32,000 nt of DNA from Massilicoli timonensis. GTDB taxonomy: Bacteria > Bacillota_I > Bacilli_A > Erysipelotrichales > Erysipelotrichaceae. The stretch's first letter is position 1. Every line of letters starts with the position of its first letter. A program made the position numbers and the translations under genes. The stretch spans positions 633,272-665,271 of the forward strand of contig NZ_LT963434.1 in the NCBI RefSeq assembly GCF_900199515.1, read 5' to 3'. The notes under the pieces were generated by a model. That model was not told the DNA's origin and ran no database searches. It saw only the letters and a list, made by a program, of their open reading frames with translations. Below, piece after piece: positions 15,421 to 22,694 of this stretch.

Positions 15421-17529
15421 ATGCAGACACATCCGTTTGACGCATTCGGTACCAATCTTTTTTCGCAGCAGGTCATGAAGGAACGCCTGCCGTTTCCGAT
15501 CTATCAGAAATGGAAGACGGCGACCCGCAAAGAAGACGCGCTGGATCTGCCGACCGCTGATGCGATCGCCCATGCGATGAAAACATGGGCAATGGAAAAA
15601 GGAGTTACCCACTTTACTCACTGGTTTCAGCCAATGGGCGGTTCCACAGCTGAAAAGCATGAAAGCTTTATCGAACCGGGCGACTATATGGCAATCAGCC
15701 GCTTTTCCGGGAAAAATCTGATCAAAGGCGAAGGCGACGCTTCTTCTTTTCCAAACGGCGGCTTGCGGGCAACCTTTGAAGCGCGCGGCTATACATACTG
15801 GGACTGTACTTCTCCGGCATTTATTCGAGAAAATGTGCTGTGCATCCCGACGATCTTTGTTTCTTACAACGGTGAAACCCTGGATAAAAAGGCGCCGCTG
15901 TTAAAGTCGATCGACGCCATCAGCAAACAGGCGACCCGCATCGTCAATCTGTTTAAGGATAAGGACATCAAGCAAGTGCAGCCGATGGTCGGCTTAGAGC
16001 AGGAGTATTTTCTTGTGGACCGGGAACTGTTTCATGAACGGATGGATCTGCGCAACTGCGGAAGGACATTGTTTGGGGCATTGCCGCCGCGGGCACAGGC
16101 AATGAGCGATCATTATTTCGGTGCGATCCCCGATCGGGTCAGCGCCTTTATGCGCGATGTGGACGAAGAATTATGGAAGCTTGGCATCTACGCGAAAACG
16201 GAGCACAATGAAGCAGCGCCTTGTCAATTTGAGATCGCCCCGCTTTATGCGCAGAGCAATATCGCCGTCGATCAGAATCAGATCATCATGGACGTACTGC
16301 GGCAATGCGCTGCCCGCCATCATCTGGCCTGTCTGCTGCATGAAAAGCCATTTGAACATGTAAACGGCAGCGGAAAACACAACAACTGGTCGCTTGTCAG
16401 CGATGATGGTCAAAATTTACTGGAACCGGGAGAAAAACCGCATGAAAACATCCGTTTCTTATTATTTGTCTGTGCGATCATTCAGGCTGTGGACACTTAT
16501 CCGGAATTATTGCGTATGGCGGCATCCTCTTACAGCAACGACTATCGCTTAGGCGGTCATGAAGCACCGCCGGCAATCATTTCCATTTGCATGGGCAATT
16601 ATCTGGAAGACATTTTACTGCGGCTTGAAAAAGGCGATATGGACATTAACCCGACCGCGGATGCCGGCGCTTTGTCCGTTGTCAATCTGGCTTATGTGCC
16701 AAAAGACACCAGTGATCGCAACCGAACCTCTCCCTTTGCCTTTACCGGCAATAAATTTGAATTTCGCATGGTCGGCAGCTCCCGCTCCGCCGCTACGACC
16801 AATACCGTACTGAATACGATCGTCGCCGATACTTTGAAACAGATCGCCGATGAATTACAGCAGTATAAATACATAGACGATATTCGCAAGACTTCCTTAA
16901 AGATCTGCCGCGGCATCATTCAAAAGCATCGCCGCATCTTATTTAGCGGAGACGGCTATGCACCGGCATGGCGAAAGGAAGCAAAGGAACGCGGCTTACC
17001 GCACATCCCTTATTATGTATATTCCATCGCTTCTTTGACAGAGGAAAAGGCAGTCGCTTTATTTGAACGCAATCAAGTTTATCATCGTAATGAACTGATT
17101 GCCCGCAGCGACATCTTATACACGGAATTTATCAATTCGGTGCATGTAGAAGTCAAAACGCTGCTGGATGTATCAAAAAAATCACTGCTTCCAGCACTCA
17201 TTAAAGAAATCCGCTTTTACAGCGACGCATTAAAGGCACTGCCTTCACCACACCCTTTCTATGAGAAAAAGGTCAATAAGCTGTTAGCTGTGTTAGATCG
17301 CTTCCATACGCGCTATCACAATCTGAAGCATGCTTATCTGGGCGTAAGAGGATTAAACGATCATCAGGAAATCGCCTATTATCTCAATGATCAGGTCGTG
17401 GTTTCCATGCGCTACCTGCGGGAAGTGATCGATGAATTAGAAGAATCGATCTCCTATGAAAACTATCCGATGCCAACCTATGAAGAACTGTTTGCATCGG
17501 TCGATGAAGCGGCAGCCTGCAAAAAATAA
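15421..17529 (+). CDS. glnN: Glutamine synthetase type III
   Basis: 702 aa, the GSIII length class. The N-terminal block AIAHAMKTWAMEKGVTHFTHWFQPMGGSTAEKHESFIE matches my recollection of the Bacteroides/Clostridia GSIII N-domain. Catalytic-domain motifs are EQEYFLVD, NEAAPCQFE and NGSGKHNNWS. AAGGAGG RBS. Confidence 0.9.
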   Translation: MQTHPFDAFGTNLFSQQVMKERLPFPIYQKWKTATRKEDALDLPTADAIAHAMKTWAMEKGVTHFTHWFQPMGGSTAEKHESFIEPGDYMAISRFSGKNLIKGEGDASSFPNGGLRATFEARGYTYWDCTSPAFIRENVLCIPTIFVSYNGETLDKKAPLLKSIDAISKQATRIVNLFKDKDIKQVQPMVGLEQEYFLVDRELFHERMDLRNCGRTLFGALPPRAQAMSDHYFGAIPDRVSAFMRDVDEELWKLGIYAKTEHNEAAPCQFEIAPLYAQSNIAVDQNQIIMDVLRQCAARHHLACLLHEKPFEHVNGSGKHNNWSLVSDDGQNLLEPGEKPHENIRFLLFVCAIIQAVDTYPELLRMAASSYSNDYRLGGHEAPPAIISICMGNYLEDILLRLEKGDMDINPTADAGALSVVNLAYVPKDTSDRNRTSPFAFTGNKFEFRMVGSSRSAATTNTVLNTIVADTLKQIADELQQYKYIDDIRKTSLKICRGIIQKHRRILFSGDGYAPAWRKEAKERGLPHIPYYVYSIASLTEEKAVALFERNQVYHRNELIARSDILYTEFINSVHVEVKTLLDVSKKSLLPALIKEIRFYSDALKALPSPHPFYEKKVNKLLAVLDRFHTRYHNLKHAYLGVRGLNDHQEIAYYLNDQVVVSMRYLREVIDELEESISYENYPMPTYEELFASVDEAAACKK

Positions 17530-17563
17530 AAAGCCGGCATCAAACAAGCACGGCTGTTCTTCC

Positions 17564-17617
17564 TAAAAAACGACCGCTTTGCCACGGATCATGAGCAGAA
17601 GCGGTCGTTTATTCTTT
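17564..17617. terminator. Bidirectional terminator between convergent glnN and the AI-2E transporter gene
   Basis: Perfect 10-bp stem ACGACCGCTT/AAGCGGTCGT (17570-17608), flanked by A6 upstream and TTATTCTTT downstream. Confidence 0.7.
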
Positions 17618-18766
17618 CAATTCCAATTCATGCGGCTTGATCTGTTTCTTTTCCAAACGATAATCGATCAATTCTTTGATCGCATAATACAATACCGCAA
17701 AGGTCGGTACACCGATGAACATACCGACGATCCCGAAAAGTCCGCCGCCGACACAGACCGAAAACAAAATCGCCAGACTCGGCAATCCCAATTTATCGCC
17801 TAAGATCAACGGTCCTAAAATATTGCCGTCAAACTGCTGCAAAACAAGGATGAAAAGCGCAAAATACAACGATTCCATCGGTTCGATGATCAGCAGGATC
17901 AAAATACCCGGAACAGCACCGATAAAAGGGCCGAATACCGGAATCATATTGGTAATGCCGACCACAAACGCCAGCAGCGGTGCATATGGGAAGCCAAACA
18001 CATTCAATCCGATATAACAAAGAATACCGATGATCAAAGAATCAATCGCCTTGCCGACGATGAAGTTATTGAAAATATCTTCTATGATATGAATCAGTTT
18101 GCTTAAATAATCGGCAACGCCTTTCGGTAAAAACGCATAATTGGCACGTTTGACGTTGCGGCTGAAGCGTTCTTTGTCTAATAGGATATAAAGCCCCGCC
18201 ACAATACCGATCAAGATATTCATGAGCGTCTTGCCAAACTGATAACTGGCCGCCAGCATCTGTGGCAGCAGATCGGTGAAGTATGTCGTGATCTTGCTGA
18301 AAATATCGCTTTGATCGCCAAGCAGATCTTGAATCTGCTGCAGGTCGATATTGTGTTCGGCAATCAACGCCTCTACATCTTCCTGAAATCCCTCTACATA
18401 ACCGGGTATTTTATCCGCCAGCATCATCAGTGAATCAAACAGCTGCGGAATGACGATCCATAAAAACAAAACAACGATCAGGATGCCCAATAACAGTGCG
18501 CCGATCGCGGAAATCGAGCGTTTGGTAGACTGTTTCAGCTTCGTTTTTCCAAGCAGACGACGTTCGATAAACAGCATCGGCTGATTTAGCAGGAAAGCGA
18601 TCGCAAACCCGAGGATGAAAGGAAAGGCCAATGCGGATACATAATAAAACGCTTCACGAATGATCGCAAAATGCGCAATAATGAAATACAACAGGATACA
18701 AATTCCTCCTGATGTACTGTAAACCAAGATCTGTTTTTTCATCTCTTCGGAGTATCGAACTTTCAT
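17609..18766 (-). CDS. AI-2E family transporter (PerM/UPF0118-type permease)
   Basis: Polytopic membrane protein with a conserved C-terminal pattern (ITNMIPVFGPFIGAVPGILI...GDKLGLPSLAILFS). Start is uncertain. The ORF-track start (GTG 18859) overlaps an extended -10 (TGgTAGAAT, about 18790). I prefer ATG 18766 (MKVRY, GGTGGTG upstream); ATG 18742 is also possible. Confidence 0.8.
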   Translation of the reverse strand: MKVRYSEEMKKQILVYSTSGGICILLYFIIAHFAIIREAFYYVSALAFPFILGFAIAFLLNQPMLFIERRLLGKTKLKQSTKRSISAIGALLLGILIVVLFLWIVIPQLFDSLMMLADKIPGYVEGFQEDVEALIAEHNIDLQQIQDLLGDQSDIFSKITTYFTDLLPQMLAASYQFGKTLMNILIGIVAGLYILLDKERFSRNVKRANYAFLPKGVADYLSKLIHIIEDIFNNFIVGKAIDSLIIGILCYIGLNVFGFPYAPLLAFVVGITNMIPVFGPFIGAVPGILILLIIEPMESLYFALFILVLQQFDGNILGPLILGDKLGLPSLAILFSVCVGGGLFGIVGMFIGVPTFAVLYYAIKELIDYRLEKKQIKPHELELKE

Positions 18767-18891
18767 GAACATCACCACCGCTATCATTCTACCATGTTTC
18801 CTTAAAATTGGATATAACAGATTTGAAATTTTACCATATTCTGATCCTTCGAAGATCACTTTTCAGATACGTGCTTTTTGAAAAAAAGTTA

Positions 18892-18920
18892 TTGACAATT
18901 CCATAGCGTTACAATATAAT
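18892..18920 (+). promoter_or_regulatory. Consensus sigma-A promoter of the tRNA operon
   Basis: TTGACA (18892-18897), exactly 17 nt, TATAAT (18915-18920). tRNA-Cys begins 15 nt downstream. Confidence 0.8.
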
Positions 18921-18934
18921 GTAATGGCACTCAT

Positions 18935-19008
18935 GGTTCCGTAGCCAAGTGGTAAGGCAATAGACTGCAACTCTGTGATCATCGGTTCAAATCCGATCGG
19001 AACCTCCA
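18935..19008 (+). tRNA. tRNA-Cys (anticodon GCA), CCA encoded
   Basis: Hand-folded cloverleaf. Acceptor GGTTCCG/CGGAACC. Anticodon stem ATAGA/TCTGT with loop CTGCAAC. T arm ATCGG-TTCAAAT-CCGAT. Discriminator T then CCA. Confidence 0.9.
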
Positions 19009-19013
19009 TTATT

Positions 19014-19103
19014 GGGGACATGGCGGAATAGGCAGACGCAACGGACTTAAAATCCGTTGGGAATTATACTCCCGTGCGGGTTCAAGTCCCGCTGTCCCCA
19101 CCA
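19014..19103 (+). tRNA. tRNA-Leu (anticodon TAA), long variable arm, CCA encoded
   Basis: Acceptor GGGGACA/TGTCCCC. Anticodon stem ACGGA/TCCGT with loop CTTAAAA. Variable arm GGGA...TCCC. T arm GCGGG-TTCAAGT-CCCGC. Discriminator A then CCA. Confidence 0.9.
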
Positions 19104-19110
19104 GTCATAC

Positions 19111-19138
19111 AAAAAAAACCGGTCCAAGCCGGTTTTTT
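19111..19138. terminator. Bidirectional terminator (tRNA operon and convergent GNAT gene)
   Basis: A8-ACCGG-tccaag-CCGGT-T6. Confidence 0.75.
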
Positions 19139-19154
19139 CTATATGGATCAAGCT

Positions 19155-19763
19155 TTAACAATGCTGATCCGCTGTTTCTTCCTGCATGATCCGCTTCATC
19201 TTTTGACGATACTGCCGCAGACAATCCGGCGCATAATAATAGCCGCAGCCTTGTTCATCAATCTGTTCAGGGTCAAAAGGAATCATACCGAAGCCTTTTG
19301 ACAAGATTCGTGCGCCATCCTCGCTTACCGCTTCCGCAAATACCTCCTGCATATAAGCGCCCTGTCTCTCACAGCCGTCCAGCCACATCACAAAGCCCTT
19401 AGCCAGTTCTTTCATCACCTGACCGCCGCGATAACGCGCATCACAGGCAATCGTATAAAGATATAAAATATTGCCCCCTTTGCGCAGACCGCAGTTTTTT
19501 AACTCACGATAATGCCCGCCATGCAAATAGCGATCCCGCTGTTCCTGATTCAAAAAGATCGCATTGAGATAAGCGACCACTTCTCCTTTTTCCGCATCAC
19601 AAAGCAAAAACAAACCTTCCTTGCTTTCCGCATACAGCTCATAAAAGTATTCCGGCGGCAAAGCATTTCCCTGCTCGATCGGGAATACTACGCTATCCAG
19701 TCGCAGCATCGCTTCAAACAGCGTATCATCTATTGCTTCTCCACGATATAAACAAAACCGCAT
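19155..19763 (-). CDS. GNAT-family acetyltransferase (start uncertain)
   Basis: Motif A region is ACDARYRGGQVMKELAKG. The first ATG in frame is 19763 (MRFCLYRGE), with only a weak AAAGAAA upstream. The ORF is open to a TTG at 19835, and a strong AAAGGAGA at 19817-19824 precedes an in-frame ATT. Confidence 0.7.
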   Translation of the reverse strand: MRFCLYRGEAIDDTLFEAMLRLDSVVFPIEQGNALPPEYFYELYAESKEGLFLLCDAEKGEVVAYLNAIFLNQEQRDRYLHGGHYRELKNCGLRKGGNILYLYTIACDARYRGGQVMKELAKGFVMWLDGCERQGAYMQEVFAEAVSEDGARILSKGFGMIPFDPEQIDEQGCGYYYAPDCLRQYRQKMKRIMQEETADQHC

Positions 19764-20017
19764 ATTTCTTTGGCATATCGTAATTGACGCATCTAAACAG
19801 TCATTCCTTACAATATGCTTTCTCCTTTCTTCCAATCAATTGCCACTGTGATTGGATCCAGCTGCGTTGTCGTTCCTTTTTCATTCGTCATGAATGTTTC
19901 CGTTTACTTGGTCTTCGGTCAATCAGCAAGCACACCTATTTTTAATTCCTACTAAATTCACATGATTTACCACAATCATACGATATTTTTGCGATTGCTT
20001 TCTTCTATACTATTACC

Positions 20018-20132
20018 AGACAAGGAAACTTGTCGTGGATAACGATTCCCCTATCGTATATCCATATCATTCTATCCCCTTATAAATCATAATTTTTTAG
20101 TGGAAAAGCATCCGTTCCCCACGGATGTTTTT
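20018..20132 (+). ncRNA. C-rich sibling small RNA, copy C (putative; ends approximate)
   Basis: -10 box TATACTATTA (20006-20015). SL1 is GACAAG-gaaa-CTTGTC (20019-20034). SL2 is GGATAACGAT-tcccct-ATCGTaTATCC (20037-20063). Invariant 17-mer is at 20064-20080. Terminator is GCATCCG-ttcccca-CGGATGT plus T5 (20108-20132). Confidence 0.55.
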
Positions 20133-20222
20133 CTTTGTCTGAAACAGCTGCCTTTTTTGCTTTCACATCATTTACCATAAAGGATTGATATTTTCGCGAA
20201 AGCAAATTCGTATAGTATAGAC

Positions 20223-20348
20223 AGGCAAAGGAAAACCTTTGTCAAATGGAAAACTATGAGATCCCCTCTTAGTAGTTTCCCATATCATTCTATCCCCTTA
20301 TAATTCATACTTTTATGGAAAGAACGCCATCCCCCTCGGCGTTCTTTT
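20223..20348 (+). ncRNA. C-rich sibling small RNA, copy D (putative; ends approximate)
   Basis: -10 box TATAGTATAG (20211-20220). SL1 is GGCAAAGG-aaaa-CCTTTGTC with a G-U pair possible only on the + strand (20224-20243). SL2 is GGAAAaCTA...TAGTTTCC (20248-20280) with loop ...GATCCCCTC... Invariant 17-mer is at 20282-20298. Terminator is GAACGCC-atccccctc-GGCGTTC plus T4 (20322-20348). Confidence 0.55.
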
Positions 20349-20421
20349 CCATTTTCATACACAAAAGTATAGGAAAAGAAACCCTATATGTGATTCCTTC
20401 CCCCTGCAAGCAGCGCTTGTT

Positions 20422-21177
20422 TTATACGATCTTCTCTAAGAAATAAGGCAGCTGCTTCTGCCACCAAGGCCAGTCATGATTGACATCATAGCCCCAGAAA
20501 TCGATCCACGCATGAATCCCCTTTTCTTCCAGAATGCGTTTCATCTCTTTAGAGGAAGCGATCATTTCATCCTCCCATGCCCCCTGTCCACAGCATAATA
20601 CGATGTAAGAGCGATTATACAGATCGACATACGGATGATCATTTGCCAGATTGCGCAAGTACACTTCCGGTGCATTGTTATAAATGATATCATCCATATA
20701 ATCACCGAAAAACATACGGCTGTTAAAGACCCCGCTCAGTGAAATACAGCCATCAAACAAATCCGGTCGTCTGAAAAAGAAATTCGCCGCATGCATGCCA
20801 CCCATACTGCATCCCGTCGTAAGGATACCGCTTGCGACCTTACCGCCGTTGCTCAGCGTATTGATCTCATAGATGCGCGGCACCAGTTCTTCTACCACGT
20901 AGTGATACCACGCCTCATGACGCAGTGCGCGGCCGCGGGGATCGCCATATTGATCAGACCATGTTTCCCGGTCGATGCTGTCTACACAAAAATACTGCAA
21001 GCGCCCCTCTTCCAGCAAATAATCCGTTACTTCTACCATGCGGAAGTTTTCCCAGTCATAGAAACGTCCATCCTGAGCCGGGAACACCAAACACGGCTTG
21101 CCGGCATGTCCATACACCTTAAACTCCATTTCTCTTTGTAAGAAATGACTGTATTCTTTATAATACGCAATCTTCAT
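20422..21177 (-). CDS. Alpha/beta-hydrolase esterase (putative-esterase / tributyrin-esterase-like family)
   Basis: 251 aa with nucleophile elbow GCSMGG. The N-terminal pattern Y.S..L.REMEFKVYGH.GKP.LVFP.Q.GRFYD is typical of this esterase family. The start lies 20 nt inside the end of the upstream ATP-grasp gene. Confidence 0.8.
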   Translation of the reverse strand: MKIAYYKEYSHFLQREMEFKVYGHAGKPCLVFPAQDGRFYDWENFRMVEVTDYLLEEGRLQYFCVDSIDRETWSDQYGDPRGRALRHEAWYHYVVEELVPRIYEINTLSNGGKVASGILTTGCSMGGMHAANFFFRRPDLFDGCISLSGVFNSRMFFGDYMDDIIYNNAPEVYLRNLANDHPYVDLYNRSYIVLCCGQGAWEDEMIASSKEMKRILEEKGIHAWIDFWGYDVNHDWPWWQKQLPYFLEKIV

Positions 21178-22372
21178 CTTTTTCTACCGCCTTTTCATGC
21201 ACATACGCCGCAAATTCTTCGATCTCGCTTTTCTTTTTACATACTCGCATATAAAACTCATTGCCCATTGCACCGGAAAGAATATCCGGCATACGGCCGC
21301 TCATCTTGATCTCATCTCCGTATTTTTTCATGACTTCGCTCTTGTCATAGCGATAGCTTTTGCCATCACGTCTGGAAGCAAACACACAGTACTGATCCTG
21401 CTTCGGTTTGATGTCCGTATGATCAAAGGTTACCATATCGGCGAAGATTTGATAAACATCGCAGCTTCCCGCAAAATTCATCATATCCGGAGTAAAGCCG
21501 CCGGGCGTGCGCATATTGATTTCCAGCGCCACGATATCACCCTTTTTCCCTAATCCTTTTTTTGCCTTATTCAAACGAAAAAACTCACAGTGGAAAAAGC
21601 GGCTATTGGTCGGAAATACCTTGATGACCCTTCTGCCCACCTCTTGCAGATCCGCATCGACCGTCTTTTGCGTATAGTAGTACAAATCCATCTGATCATT
21701 GACGATATCCATGATCGGTGTAGGAAAATAATGTGATACTTCAAAGAGCGGATCGCGGTTGGCATCGGCAATCCCGTCATAAGAAACGATCGTGCCGTCG
21801 ATAAACTCTTCCATGATGTACTGCGTCATCCACTCCTTCGCATAAAAGGCTTTGACATCTTCCTCGTTTTTCAGCTTATAGGTTTCAGCGGCGCCGACCC
21901 CGTTATCCGGCTTTACGATGACCGGATAGCCTACTTCTTTGATAAAGGCAAGGCCGTTTTCAAGCGTATCTACCAAATGATAGCGCGCACAAGGTACCTG
22001 TGCTTTTTCATAGAGCGCCTTCATCGCTGATTTCAGTTTGAATGATGCAAGCGCTTCTTTCTTTAGGCCGGTCGCAATATTAAAATCAGTACGTAATGCC
22101 GCATCCTGTTCCAGCCAATATTCATTATTCGACTCCAGCCAGTCGATCTTGCCATAGTGAAACGTAAAGTAGCCAAGCGCTCTTACCATTTGATCGTAAT
22201 CTTCCATATTGTCTACCCGATAATATTCACTTAACGATCCCCTTAATTCTTCCGGCAGGGTTTCATACGGCGCATCACCGATTCCGAATACCTGATGCCC
22301 CATCTTTTTCAGCCGATCGCAGAAATTCCAATAAGTCGGCGGAAAATGGGGAGAAATAAACACATAATTCAT
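21158..22372 (-). CDS. ATP-grasp domain protein (carboxylate-amine ligase type), substrate unknown
   Basis: 404 aa. The central block KSAMKALYEKAQVPCARYH...GYPVIVKPDNGVGAAETYKLKNEED...EEFIDG matches ATP-grasp B/C subdomains. AGAGGGGTG RBS. A candidate extended -10 (TGaTACAAT) is at 22414-22406. Confidence 0.8.
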   Translation of the reverse strand: MNYVFISPHFPPTYWNFCDRLKKMGHQVFGIGDAPYETLPEELRGSLSEYYRVDNMEDYDQMVRALGYFTFHYGKIDWLESNNEYWLEQDAALRTDFNIATGLKKEALASFKLKSAMKALYEKAQVPCARYHLVDTLENGLAFIKEVGYPVIVKPDNGVGAAETYKLKNEEDVKAFYAKEWMTQYIMEEFIDGTIVSYDGIADANRDPLFEVSHYFPTPIMDIVNDQMDLYYYTQKTVDADLQEVGRRVIKVFPTNSRFFHCEFFRLNKAKKGLGKKGDIVALEINMRTPGGFTPDMMNFAGSCDVYQIFADMVTFDHTDIKPKQDQYCVFASRRDGKSYRYDKSEVMKKYGDEIKMSGRMPDILSGAMGNEFYMRVCKKKSEIEEFAAYVHEKAVEKDEDCVL

Positions 22373-22519
22373 AACAACACCCCTCTTTTTTCTTTGAATA
22401 TCTTTATTGTATCATAAATTGTAAGCGTATTTCATGAAAACTTTATGAAACTTTTTGTTTCTATTTTTCCCATCATCATAATTATGCGGCTATAACTGGT
22501 AAACCAGTTTCCGGTAATT

Positions 22520-22592
22520 AAAAAATGACAGGAAGCAGACCTGTCTTTTGAGATAAAAAAAGCTATATTTGATCACCAAACCAAATATAGCT
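22520..22592 (-). terminator. Two tandem hairpin terminators downstream of the P-loop protein gene
   Basis: Hairpin 1 is AGCTATATTTG-10 nt-CAAATATAGCT (22561-22592), followed on the minus strand by T7. Hairpin 2 is GACAGG-7 nt-CCTGTC (22527-22545), flanked by a T/A run on both strands and so bidirectional. Confidence 0.65.
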
Positions 22593-22694
22593 TACTCTTG
22601 TTTAATCACCCCTGTCCGACAGATACCATAATCAGTTCGATTTTAGCTTTACCTATTTTACGGACACCTCGCCATCGACAGTATTTTTGTTTTC

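Noticed and set aside
19808-19891. 27-aa minus-strand ORF (MTNEKGTTTQLDPITVAIDWKKGESIL) upstream of the GNAT gene. A strong AAAGGAGA at 19817-19824 is followed by an in-frame ATT rather than a canonical start.
   Set aside because: The mini-ORF has only a weak SD and no recognisable features. An ATT start for the GNAT cannot be supported from sequence alone. Recorded only as start-site uncertainty.
20011-20080. Tiny minus-strand ORFs starting at the SD/ATG formed by the complement of the conserved sRNA core. They encode MIYGIGID (A), MRKFI (B), a 21-aa peptide MIWIYDRGIVIHDKFPCLVIV (C) and a 38-aa peptide (D).
   Set aside because: Lengths (8, 5, 21 and 38 aa) and sequences are not conserved beyond the first 2-3 residues, which are fixed by the RNA motif. 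Stems show covariation, and the peptides are not toxin-like. Minus-strand function is not fully excluded, as noted in the findings.
22455-22549. Possible + strand mini-transcript (TTGTTT-16-CATAAT at 22455-22482, hairpin AACTGG-taaa-CCAGTT, terminator GACAGG...CCTGTC-TTTT)
   Set aside because: The terminator hairpin is flanked by A/T runs on both sides. It is equally well explained as the second of two minus-strand terminators for the 559-aa gene. There is no conserved motif or paralog.
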